Shown here in pieces: positions 8,130 through 17,499 of a stretch of DNA of 64,000 nt. The position numbers and the translations under genes are program-made. This stretch comes from a bacterium (lineage in GTDB: Bacteria > Patescibacteriota > Doudnabacteria > UBA920): assembly GCA_016699995.1 (NCBI GenBank), contig CP064996.1:528584-592583 (forward strand), read 5' to 3'. A model generated the notes under the pieces. The model was given only the letters and a program-made list of their open reading frames with translations. It was not told the DNA's origin and did not search any database. Numbering within the stretch: position 1 is the stretch's first letter; the number at the start of each line of letters is the position of its first letter.

Positions 8130-9842
8130 TTATTTTTGGGCTTCGACCGGCGGTGCAGGGGTTTCGACGGGTGCGGTGGCTGACTGAGGAGCCAATTCTT
8201 GAGCTAAATCGAGCGTAGAGGCCTTTAAATCGCTCTTAATTGGGAGGGAAAAGGCAAAGGTGGAACCCAAGCCTGGCCCGTCGCTTTCGGCCCAAATTTT
8301 GCCATTGTGCTGCTCGATGATAACTTTTGCCACATACATGCCCAAGCCCAGCCCGGTAGCATGGGTGGCCGAGTCTTTCCCGCGGGAATATTTGTTAAAG
8401 ACGTTTTCGAGCTCGCTCTTTTCGATGCCTTTGCCGGTATCCTTAACGCGTACGGTAATATTTTTGTCATCGGCTTCGATACCGATTTGAATATCCCCTA
8501 CTTTGGAATATTTAATGGCGTTGTCTATCATGTTATTCACAACCTGCCGAACTTTTTCGTGATCCACGATTATATCGGGAATAGGCATCTTTGGCGGAGT
8601 GTAAACCAAGTGCTGCTTCTTCATTTGAGCAAGCGGTTCGAGCTGCTCTACCAACACCTTCACCATCGGCTCCAGATTGAAGTTCTCAAAGAAGAATTCT
8701 AACTTGCCGCGCTCGATGCGAGAAGCATTAAGAAGATCGTCGATGGTAGAGATCTGTGCTTCGTTGGTAACGTTGGTACGGCTAAGGGCGGCTTTAAGTT
8801 CTTCGCTGAGCGGGCCGAAATCGCCATTAAGTACCGCTCCTAAATACCACTTAATGGTTGCAGGAGGCGTGCGCAACTGATGACTAGCGATGGAGATGAA
8901 CTCTGCACGAGCTTTGTCCAGCGCTTTGAGCTGTTCATTAGCGGCAGCGAGCTCTTTAGATAATACTTCTAACTCTTCGCGCTGTTTGACTTCGCGGATG
9001 ACGGAACGGACCAGGAGGATGCCAACACTAAGCACCAATAAAAAGATGCTCGAACGAACAATGATCGCTAAAATATCATCGGAAACAATTACTTCGAACA
9101 GAGTTGCAATAGCTAGTACGAATACCAATACTTCTGTAGATACAACTTTTACATTTAGCAAATGATGTTTGAATATCGCATAAGCGGCTGCAAACGCGAA
9201 GGGAAAAACAAAGACCGCGCTTAACGGAATGAAAGATGTATTGTTAAGCACGGTAGGAAAAATAAAATTGAGCACGATAATACAGGCGAACATTACGATA
9301 ATGCCGCCCATGAGATTCCATAACGGTTTTCTTTCTACTGATGTCGCTCTATTTATTTTCTTTGCCAGGCTAACAATTCCGCCGATCACCATAGCCACAG
9401 CAAAAGCGCCAAAGAACATTATTCCAGGCTCTACCACTGGCTGAGCAACACTTCCAGGAGTAAAAATAATGGAAGAAAATACAAAGGGTGTTAACGTAAA
9501 CATCGCCACCACAAATGCGACGATTAAAAGAATATAGTACCTCTTAGGGCTTATTTGTAATTTTTCACTCGGAAAATTGTATAGCAGCAACAAAAGTGTT
9601 AGAGATTGAAACACAGCAAAAAACAAAACCAGCCTAATAATCCATAGGGCCAATACTGGATTACTGACTTGATAATTTAAGTAATTAACGATACTCCAAG
9701 CGCTGCTGGTAAGACTAAAAAGCAAAAAGAAAATATTGGTAGCGCTCCTTGTGTTTTGGAAAAAGACAATAAATCCCAAAATGGTCACTGCTGCAACAGA
9801 AACGCCAACGGATATTAAATCTGCGTTTAAAAAAATATTCAT
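8130..9842 (-). CDS. sensor histidine kinase with N-terminal multi-TM sensor domain, 570 aa
   Basis: H-box SIASHQLRTPPATI. HATPase_c blocks DNAIKYS, VKDTGKGIEKSELENVF, GLGLGMYVAKVI. About 8 TM helices at the N-terminus. Confidence 0.85.
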   Translation of the reverse strand: MNIFLNADLISVGVSVAAVTILGFIVFFQNTRSATNIFFLLFSLTSSAWSIVNYLNYQVSNPVLALWIIRLVLFFAVFQSLTLLLLLYNFPSEKLQISPKRYYILLIVAFVVAMFTLTPFVFSSIIFTPGSVAQPVVEPGIMFFGAFAVAMVIGGIVSLAKKINRATSVERKPLWNLMGGIIVMFACIIVLNFIFPTVLNNTSFIPLSAVFVFPFAFAAAYAIFKHHLLNVKVVSTEVLVFVLAIATLFEVIVSDDILAIIVRSSIFLLVLSVGILLVRSVIREVKQREELEVLSKELAAANEQLKALDKARAEFISIASHQLRTPPATIKWYLGAVLNGDFGPLSEELKAALSRTNVTNEAQISTIDDLLNASRIERGKLEFFFENFNLEPMVKVLVEQLEPLAQMKKQHLVYTPPKMPIPDIIVDHEKVRQVVNNMIDNAIKYSKVGDIQIGIEADDKNITVRVKDTGKGIEKSELENVFNKYSRGKDSATHATGLGLGMYVAKVIIEQHNGKIWAESDGPGLGSTFAFSLPIKSDLKASTLDLAQELAPQSATAPVETPAPPVEAQK

Positions 9843-10855
9843 ACCCTAACTATAACCTTATCCAAATCTATTCTAGGACTAAAATGAGGCATATCTGGAC
9901 CATAACCGATTCTAAAAAACATTTGAGGTCTCGTACTGATGCCTAAAGCTTGTTTAACCAATTTATAATTATCTCCTATTTCGATAGGTGCGCCCATTAT
10001 TCCAATTCTTAAACCTAAACCCTCCGCTTTTAAAGCTATTTTCTCGAAAGACATACCTGCCTTAACCCAAGCGCTTTCGTTATCTTCTACAGTACTGATA
10101 ACACCATACACTGGTGCATTCTTAAGCCACTCTTCGTGCATCTTGGCTTGAAAGTTTTGCAAGTTAAAATTTCTAATTGCAAATGGTAATAGGTAAGAAA
10201 TTAATTTTGGCACGCCGATCGTGTAGCCAGGCATACCGTCCCGATACTTAACAGAACTTGGCTTTACCCAAGCTGATAATTCGGTAGTAAACTTCTTATC
10301 TGCAAAAGCTTCTTTAACCGATTTAGAAACAATATCTCTAATGGACTGTTTCTGATTTTCTTGGCTCACAAAAGTTGAAACTATTCCCTCTAAGCACTCA
10401 GCAGCCATTTCATCCAATATGGATTGGTCTATTCGTCTGTCTTCAAGAGGCAGTCGGTTAGTTTTACGGTTTACCAGATTATCAAAAGCTTTCTGATCGA
10501 TTGAAGATGATGCTAGAGATTGATAATAAATTGTAAAAATAGTGTTCTTATCAAAATCGAAATTATACTCTGCATCATACTTCAAGCCTAAAGAATCTGA
10601 TCCGTGCAGTAAATTCTGGATCGCTGCGCCGATGCTCAGAAAAAGCTGGCGGTTATTTTCGTCGGAATAAGGTAATTTTCGATCGAAGTTTGCTTTGACA
10701 GTTATTGTTTTATCTCGAATCTCAAAAAGCCATGGTTGAGTATTATGGCTCGAGGGTGCTAAAGATGCTAATAGAACCAAAAAATCCAATCTTGCAGAAT
10801 CTGTTTGTAATTGGTCGTATTTTTCTATTTTTATTTCTGTACGAGGATTGTACAT
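9839..10855 (-). CDS. nitroreductase-family protein (tandem/extended nitroreductase fold), 338 aa
   Basis: SSHNTQPW (SxHNxQPW nitroreductase signature) near the N-terminus. Start overlaps the HK stop (ATGA-type coupling). Confidence 0.6.
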   Translation of the reverse strand: MYNPRTEIKIEKYDQLQTDSARLDFLVLLASLAPSSHNTQPWLFEIRDKTITVKANFDRKLPYSDENNRQLFLSIGAAIQNLLHGSDSLGLKYDAEYNFDFDKNTIFTIYYQSLASSSIDQKAFDNLVNRKTNRLPLEDRRIDQSILDEMAAECLEGIVSTFVSQENQKQSIRDIVSKSVKEAFADKKFTTELSAWVKPSSVKYRDGMPGYTIGVPKLISYLLPFAIRNFNLQNFQAKMHEEWLKNAPVYGVISTVEDNESAWVKAGMSFEKIALKAEGLGLRIGIMGAPIEIGDNYKLVKQALGISTRPQMFFRIGYGPDMPHFSPRIDLDKVIVRV

Positions 10856-10880
10856 TTAATTTATTATACCACAAAATTGG

Positions 10881-10904
10881 AAAAACCGGCCGGGCCGGTT
10901 TTGT
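10881..10904 (-). terminator. rho-independent terminator right after the ammonia-lyase remnant stop
   Basis: Minus strand: aaaaccggcccggccggttttt plus T-run. Confidence 0.6.
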
Positions 10905-11180
10905 TTAATTCTGAATTAAATCCTTTTTTAGTTTTTCAATCTCTTTGTATATCAAAGCGTCGTCAGCATAGAAAGGAACCTTTGATCTCACATATTCATA
11001 AGTTTCAGCATTGCCTTTACCAGCCTTTAATGGACTTCGCAATTCAACAGCCTGGGCAGCTGCCGCTAACTCGACTACCAAAATTTCAAATGCCATGTTT
11101 ATAATGTCTCTGCATTTTCGAGCAGCGGTCGTCGCGAAGCTTACGTAGTCTTCCTGGTTAGCAGAAGTAGGGATAGAAAC
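10905..11180 (-). pseudogene. hutH: C-terminal remnant (~90 codons) of an aromatic amino-acid (histidine/phenylalanine) ammonia-lyase; 5' part missing
   Basis: Minus-strand frame reads IPTSANQEDYVSFATTAARKCRDIINMAFEILVVELAAAAQAVELR..., matching the HAL/PAL C-terminus (SIPTSANQEDHVSMG..AARK; AIELLAAAQALD). The frame opens at a stop immediately adjacent to the res gene end at 11180. Confidence 0.6.
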
Positions 11181-13780
11181 TATTCAAGATCATCCAATTC
11201 TTCTAATAAATTTTCTAATTCACACCTAAATTTTTCTTGGCCTTTTAATATTCTCCCATCCTTCAAATACTCAAAAAATGTAGAATATCCTTCTGGACTC
11301 AAGAAATGAAAAATGTATTTTTGTTTAATTTTATTTTCCTCTAATTTATTGTTCAACCTCTCAAAATGTTCTTTCGCATATTTGTATTTTGCCTTGTTTT
11401 CATCGCTGTCGTCTTTGTCCGCTTTTATCTCAACAACAACAAAATAATCTACATTATCTTTTGTGATCTTGATAAAGAAGTCAGGATTAAACATCCCAAT
11501 CTTTTGGTGATTTGATGGTCTCCATGAATACTCAATGCCATAAAATCCACGATCCCGAGATTTTAACCACGCATCAATTTTCTCCGCAATATCCTTTTTG
11601 CAAAGGTTCTCGATGAATCTTCGTTCTGGTTCTGCGTTAGAAAAAACAACATTGACGGGGGTCTTAAACAAAAACTCATTTTGTTCCTTGTCGGCACTCT
11701 TGGGGAAACTCTCATCTTCTTTGAGCTTCTGCATTATGTTTCGTTGTTCATCGTCAAAGATCTCATTCTCCCAGTTGTTTGTGTAGAATAATGAATATCC
11801 ACGCCTAAAATTACCAACACCAGAACTTTCGCGGATGATATTTTTTGTAGAAATAACAACGGGTTCATTTACTTTTAATTGTGGCACAACTGTCTTGCTC
11901 TTTTTTCGCAGAAGTGTAGCAAAGGTATTGAGAATCTTATTGACATTTTTTTCGATGATTTGATCACCCTTAATACCAACGTTTTTCATGGATTTGAGAA
12001 TGATCTCTCGGATTTTTTCTTTCGGTGGGAGGTTATTTTGTGTGTACTGCTCTTCCCCGAGTTTCAATATTCTTCCTTCCCAATCTCTAATCTCAAATTC
12101 CTCATAGATTCTGTCCACCACTTCTTGAACAGTCCAAGTTCCGTATTCAATAACATAATTCTTCTCCCGAATATCTTTCGCAGTTATTGATTCATAAGAG
12201 GTGCCTTTTTCTGTTTGTATCACTTGAGAATCCAATTTGATACCTTCTTTTTCAATACGAGAATAATTAACAACTGGATTGGGTTTGTGTTCTACTTCCA
12301 CTTCTTCTTTGGTGTAATCAAGATTGTAAACATCAAAATGATATTTTGATCGGTCATCATTCTTAACAATCTCACTGATTATTCGAGTTTCGATTTCCAA
12401 CACTTCATCAACAAGAGCTTTTATACCTCTGCTCCATGCGTCATGGTTAAAAACAATGATTTTTGGTTGAGGAGTTGTATATGCCTCTGGTAAACGCAAA
12501 CCGCGCCCCAATACTTGTGCGATAAGAAGTTTAGAATTAAACGCCTTATCTTCCCATGGAACGATTTGAAAAACGTTTTTAACATCCCAACCTTCTGTAA
12601 GCATCGAGACAGAAACAATCCATTCAGTCGGATTTTCTCTATGATCAACTGTTTTCAATTTTGATAAATTGCCTTTATGATCCTTATGAGAAGTAACAAT
12701 CAAAACTTTTTCTTCAATACTTTCACGAGGTCGCCCCTCTCTCTTTTCAAGGAAATCAAGCAAATCTTCCATTAAACTTTTTGCCTTGGAAATATCTTTA
12801 GTGATCAAAATTGAAAGAGGTTTGATTTTTGGGTACTTATCAATATTCTCCTTGTGGTTTTGATATATTTTTTGGAACTTTTCATCAGTCCCCGAACTGT
12901 CATCTTTTTGTACATATTCAATATTCTTTACTATTCTATCTTCAATGGCTTCGCGCAAAGAATAGCGATAAATAACATCGTTAAAGTACTCGTTGTCATG
13001 ATACGCTGTACCAGTAAAACCAAGAATGTAACGAAAGTTGAAATCTAGATTTAATAAAAACTCCTTCCACCGCTTCAAACCTTGCGCTTCTGTTGTATTG
13101 CCAGATATTTTATTAAAAATATGGTGAGATTCATCATTAAGCACTAAAACGCGCTCGCCTTGTCTTTGGAAACTATCCTTAATCGATGACCCAGTTGTTT
13201 CATAAACTGCATGGATATTTTCAACACAAATACTTCCGTTTTTGACAGTGATATTTGCATCAACAATGCTTGGGTTTTTATAAAGAGCATTCGCTGGTAT
13301 CGATTTTTTGATTCGTGCATTCCCACTCAAATCCTCAAACTTCTCCAACAGTCCGTCTTCAATCGTCAAAGATGGGCAGAGTACCAAAACTTTATCTACC
13401 AAGCCTAACCCAAGCATGATTTGTGCCACACCATAAATTACATACGATTTTCCTGTACCAGTCGCTAAATCAATGTTTGCAAAAAGTTTATTAGGTAGCT
13501 GTAAATGGTGATGGTAATCGCTAAGGGTCGGATACTTTTCTTGCAGTTCGGGATTTTTATTGTAATTCTCATGTACTAAATCCTCAGTAGTAACATAACG
13601 CCCAGATGCAAGAAAGATAACCGCGTGTTTTATTGCTTCCTTTTGGTATTCTCTGTCTACACACAAGGTATCCAAAAAAGAATCCCATGCGCCCAAATCT
13701 AACTTTGTCGGATCATAGTTTTGATTCACTTTTAGAACCAAGTCTTTTTGTTTGTAAGTTTTAATATCCTGCATAGTCAT
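11180..13780 (-). CDS. res: Type III restriction endonuclease Res subunit (SF2 helicase + C-terminal PD-(D/E)xK nuclease), 866 aa
   Basis: Walker A LATGTGKSYVIYGV. DEAH-like VLNDESHHI. Helicase C motifs. C-terminal DFFIKITKDNVDYFVVVEIKADKDD nuclease-like motif. About 33% GC. Confidence 0.85.
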   Translation of the reverse strand: MTMQDIKTYKQKDLVLKVNQNYDPTKLDLGAWDSFLDTLCVDREYQKEAIKHAVIFLASGRYVTTEDLVHENYNKNPELQEKYPTLSDYHHHLQLPNKLFANIDLATGTGKSYVIYGVAQIMLGLGLVDKVLVLCPSLTIEDGLLEKFEDLSGNARIKKSIPANALYKNPSIVDANITVKNGSICVENIHAVYETTGSSIKDSFQRQGERVLVLNDESHHIFNKISGNTTEAQGLKRWKEFLLNLDFNFRYILGFTGTAYHDNEYFNDVIYRYSLREAIEDRIVKNIEYVQKDDSSGTDEKFQKIYQNHKENIDKYPKIKPLSILITKDISKAKSLMEDLLDFLEKREGRPRESIEEKVLIVTSHKDHKGNLSKLKTVDHRENPTEWIVSVSMLTEGWDVKNVFQIVPWEDKAFNSKLLIAQVLGRGLRLPEAYTTPQPKIIVFNHDAWSRGIKALVDEVLEIETRIISEIVKNDDRSKYHFDVYNLDYTKEEVEVEHKPNPVVNYSRIEKEGIKLDSQVIQTEKGTSYESITAKDIREKNYVIEYGTWTVQEVVDRIYEEFEIRDWEGRILKLGEEQYTQNNLPPKEKIREIILKSMKNVGIKGDQIIEKNVNKILNTFATLLRKKSKTVVPQLKVNEPVVISTKNIIRESSGVGNFRRGYSLFYTNNWENEIFDDEQRNIMQKLKEDESFPKSADKEQNEFLFKTPVNVVFSNAEPERRFIENLCKKDIAEKIDAWLKSRDRGFYGIEYSWRPSNHQKIGMFNPDFFIKITKDNVDYFVVVEIKADKDDSDENKAKYKYAKEHFERLNNKLEENKIKQKYIFHFLSPEGYSTFFEYLKDGRILKGQEKFRCELENLLEELDDLE

Positions 13781-13783
13781 ATT

Positions 13784-15748
13784 TTATACGGTGAAAATTT
13801 CAGCAAAGTCATTACCGTAAACATCAGTATAAATCACCATTATTTGCTTTCCCAATTCAGATTTTTTGAACGAAATTTCTAAACCCTTCTTCTCTATTTT
13901 CTTAAGTTCTGATTTTATATCCTCGTCATCGTCTTCTTTTTTATTTGCTTTCTTTGGCAAAAGTTCATCAGCAAAAAAAGCGTCATCCATTTCGAATGCT
14001 TTTCCATTGTAGCTTTTATCAACAAAGACAGCAGATAGGGTTTCGAAATTTTTCATCCCTTTCTCGTCTTGTGATTTGTCGGATTCAAGTTCTTGGCTAG
14101 TAAAACTCTTAATTAAGATTTTTACTCTATCCTTGTCTTTCTTTATTTCCGACTTTACTTCGGGATGTCGAATAAAGTGGAAACCAATCGCTTCTTCCAA
14201 ATCGTTCACATTCTTTTTACTTTGCGGTTGTCGCAATTTTAGGAATGGTGTTTTGTGGAGCTCTTTAATTACATGATATGGAATCTTGAGGAAGTAGTAT
14301 TTTACCCCGTCAATTTCATGGTAGTTAGAGAGAAAATCAACAAAGTTTGCTGGGGCAATAATATACACGCGACCACTTGCTTTCTTTCCGACAACTGCAT
14401 GTACATCTTTCAGATATTTTTCGTTAATTGTAGAGTTTTTGAAAGTTTGATAATCAAAAATCTTTACTGGGAAATCGCCTTTCATACCCTCAAATTCAAA
14501 CCCCGCAATTTTGTTTTTCTTGATTTCCACTTCAAAAAGCCCAGAGACAAACTCTTGATATTTTTGCCATTCCAAATCAAGTGCTCTTTTTAGATCATAG
14601 ATACCGAGTTGAGCAGTAACAAAACTTTTTGATTTCTTCCCGTACTTTTTATTTTGATCTTCTAAATCCTTTGAATTTTCAATTTGCAAAATGCGCTTTT
14701 GCATTGTGAAATAGGAAAGCTTACCTAGGTCACATGTAATCCATTTTCGTCCTAACTTTTCGGCTATATAAGCGGTTGCGCCAGAACCACCAAAAAAATC
14801 CATCACAATATCGCCTTCAACTGAAGCCGCTTTGATTATTCTCTCGATAAACTTATTTGGCTTCTCTGTCGGGTATCCAGTTCTTTCAACACCGTCTACT
14901 CTCAAACGAGCGGCGACTGAAAACTCCCACCAATCTTCTGGAACTTTTCCCTTTTTTCTTAATTCCTCCAAATCTTCCTCATCCCATCCTTCACCATCAT
15001 CAAAAGCAGTACGAAATGATTGATTAGGGTCTTTGTAAGGAACCCTGATCTGATCTTTGTTAAAAGTCCATTTATCCGATTTTGAGTACCAAAAAATCGT
15101 ATCGTGTTTCCTATTAAATTGCTTCATTTTAGGCGATCCTGGGCCTGTATATACCCAAATAATTTCATTCACAAGATGAAGTTCGCCGAATATCTCATCC
15201 AGTGCCAATTTTATGTAATGAGATTTTTTGTAATCGAGGTGGACAAATATACTTCCATCATCTGCCAATATTTCTTGTGCTAAAATAAGTCTACGTCGCA
15301 AAAACTCAACAAATTCTGCACCTTTCTTTTTGTCATTGTAAGCTTTTGCTCCTTCTTTGTTTAAGAAATCATCGGTAGTCGCAAAAGGTGGATCTATATA
15401 AATAAGCTTTACTTTTCCTTTCACCTTATCTTTTATCAGAGGGTCCTTATTTTCGTAAATGGTTTTAAGGAATTGCAGATTATCACCGAACACGATCATA
15501 TTTTTCCATCCATCCTTAAACGATTCGTATTCATTGCCATTGAAAACTTTTTCAGTTTGAAGAGGGACAGGGAAAACACCATCCTCATTTGCAAGCAAAT
15601 CTTCTTTTCGCATCTTCCCAGCATATACCAACTCATACTCTTTTTGAGTTGTTGGGAAAAGCAAGTATTTAAAATCGAATGGAATTTCTCTCCCGTCTTG
15701 TAGTGTTTTAACTAAAAATTCTGTATCAAATTTAGTGAGTTTTTTCAT
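13784..15748 (-). CDS. mod: Type III RM Mod subunit, N6-adenine (beta-class) DNA methyltransferase, 654 aa
   Basis: Motif IV IYIDPPFAT (DPPF/Y). Motif I VMDFFGGSGATAYIAEKLGRKWI. Immediately upstream of res, on the same strand. AT-rich. Confidence 0.85.
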   Translation of the reverse strand: MKKLTKFDTEFLVKTLQDGREIPFDFKYLLFPTTQKEYELVYAGKMRKEDLLANEDGVFPVPLQTEKVFNGNEYESFKDGWKNMIVFGDNLQFLKTIYENKDPLIKDKVKGKVKLIYIDPPFATTDDFLNKEGAKAYNDKKKGAEFVEFLRRRLILAQEILADDGSIFVHLDYKKSHYIKLALDEIFGELHLVNEIIWVYTGPGSPKMKQFNRKHDTIFWYSKSDKWTFNKDQIRVPYKDPNQSFRTAFDDGEGWDEEDLEELRKKGKVPEDWWEFSVAARLRVDGVERTGYPTEKPNKFIERIIKAASVEGDIVMDFFGGSGATAYIAEKLGRKWITCDLGKLSYFTMQKRILQIENSKDLEDQNKKYGKKSKSFVTAQLGIYDLKRALDLEWQKYQEFVSGLFEVEIKKNKIAGFEFEGMKGDFPVKIFDYQTFKNSTINEKYLKDVHAVVGKKASGRVYIIAPANFVDFLSNYHEIDGVKYYFLKIPYHVIKELHKTPFLKLRQPQSKKNVNDLEEAIGFHFIRHPEVKSEIKKDKDRVKILIKSFTSQELESDKSQDEKGMKNFETLSAVFVDKSYNGKAFEMDDAFFADELLPKKANKKEDDDEDIKSELKKIEKKGLEISFKKSELGKQIMVIYTDVYGNDFAEIFTV

Positions 15749-16279
15749 ATAAATTCTATTTGAGTCCCAAAAAAGTTAATCGAGATAAGTGAAACCATTT
15801 TACCATAAATCACACCTTAAATAAAGGGTTTTAGAGTGACCAAACCATCATTCGGCGTCATTAATCCGTTGCTCGCAAATGCAGAACATACTAAACTGAC
15901 ACCTGACGAGTTTAAAACAACTAAGAAAGTGAGATGCTGTTCTCTGCTCCCCCTAAATCGACAGAACAAGATGAACCGGAAGCTTTTTCTATCTATTCCG
16001 AAATAAGGGAAATGATGAATATGACATATAGGAAAAGCCTACATACCGAGAGATTGTAGAGAATTCATTCAGCAAAGAACTCCCGTGCCATTGAATATTA
16101 TCTGTTTCGCAGGAAGAAGCCCCAAAAACAGCTCGGCAACCTTGGGATTACTTTAGCTTCCACACACCGAATCCTTCTTTTAATTTATGATAATAGCACG
16201 TATATTAATACAGTGAAATTTGGCTCTCACGAGGAATAGCTTGTACAAACCATTTTTAATATAATTTTAATTTAATTTC

Positions 16280-17494
16280 CTACATCCCCATCATCTTAAT
16301 CAGACCATCCCGCTTCTTAGTCTCTGCCTTACTTGGCGGCAAAAAGGCACTATCTAGGTTAAAGTCCGTTCTGCCCGACTTTACGTTTTCCCCTAAAATA
16401 ATCTTGCGCGCTAAATATGTAAGCACGCTGCCGCACAAGTTAGCGGCATTACCCAGTTGCGGCCAAGAATAAATAGTCTTCCCTACCTGCATTACCGACT
16501 CTATCATGCGCACTGTGCTCATTTCTGCACCGGCCATCTTGGCAATTACCCGAGGCAAGTCTTGCGGGTGCACTTTGCTAAATTCCTGCGCCGTCATCTT
16601 GCCTAATATACCGTGCAGAATAGGATACTTTTTGTTTTGGTCGTAACGCTCGACGTCTACGATAATGCTGTCGGCGTTATCGGCGGCCATAATTACGGGA
16701 ATACCAAGTGGACGAGCTAATTCGCGGGCGCGCATCTTAAAGTACGGCTGATCCATTTCTTCTACCAACACATCCAGCTTTGCGGTACCTTTTAAGAACT
16801 TTGGCAAATTTTCTTTGGTTAAGCCATCAGCAAACAACTCTACTTTAGCATACGGATTCATTTCGTAAATCTGCCTAGCTACTGCTACAACCTTGGGTAC
16901 TTCTATATTTACAAACCCGGTACGAATGCGGTTCATGTTAGAGGCCGAAAGCACGTCTAAATCGGCCAACTTAATGTGCCTAGCGCCGCCCGTCATGGCG
17001 ATGGTTAGCGCCACATGGCTGCCTACACTCATGCCTAAAATACCGATTACCGAGTTGTAAAACTTCTTTTGTTCGCTGGCAGTAATTAAATTGCGGTTGC
17101 GGCCGGTGCGCACCTCTTGGTGCATAGCGTCCGGTAAAAAATGAATCACAGTGTGGAGCCAAGGATAGTAAAACCAATTGCCGCTAGTCACGTACTTGTC
17201 GCCCGAGCCGTTTTTGGCGGCAAACTGCTTAAACTCGCCGTGATAGTCTTTGTCGAACCTGTACTTAGGGTTGCGCAGCAAAAACACTTCTTCCAACTGG
17301 ATGGCATACTGGTCGATAACTTTTACCGGACGACGATCTGGCTTTACTCCGTTAGGCAGTTTAAGGCGGCGAATTTGCGCTTCGAAGTTCTTCCGCGCGT
17401 CTAGCTTTACCGGCTTAAACGAACTGCGGTCGAAATTGTCTTTGATTATGATTTTTTTTGCCATAGTTTTATAAACGGCGCCGCAACAGCGCAA
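16280..17494 (-). CDS. ThiF/MoeB/E1-like adenylyltransferase-fold protein with ~130-aa N-terminal extension, 404 aa
   Basis: GILGMSVGSHVALTIAMTGGARHIKLADLDVLSASNMNRI is the classic E1 Rossmann GxGxxG plus the D.D.V..SNLNRQ-like block. Confidence 0.7.
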   Translation of the reverse strand: MRCCGAVYKTMAKKIIIKDNFDRSSFKPVKLDARKNFEAQIRRLKLPNGVKPDRRPVKVIDQYAIQLEEVFLLRNPKYRFDKDYHGEFKQFAAKNGSGDKYVTSGNWFYYPWLHTVIHFLPDAMHQEVRTGRNRNLITASEQKKFYNSVIGILGMSVGSHVALTIAMTGGARHIKLADLDVLSASNMNRIRTGFVNIEVPKVVAVARQIYEMNPYAKVELFADGLTKENLPKFLKGTAKLDVLVEEMDQPYFKMRARELARPLGIPVIMAADNADSIIVDVERYDQNKKYPILHGILGKMTAQEFSKVHPQDLPRVIAKMAGAEMSTVRMIESVMQVGKTIYSWPQLGNAANLCGSVLTYLARKIILGENVKSGRTDFNLDSAFLPPSKAETKKRDGLIKMMGM

Positions 17495-17499
17495 ATTAA

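Noticed and set aside
8130-9842. Sharp AT-rich to GC-normal shift inside the histidine kinase gene (possible chimeric or recombined sensor domain)
   Set aside because: The AT-rich half encodes ~8 TM helices dominated by Phe/Ile/Leu codons (TTT/ATT/TTA). The bias is adequately explained by amino-acid composition without invoking recombination.
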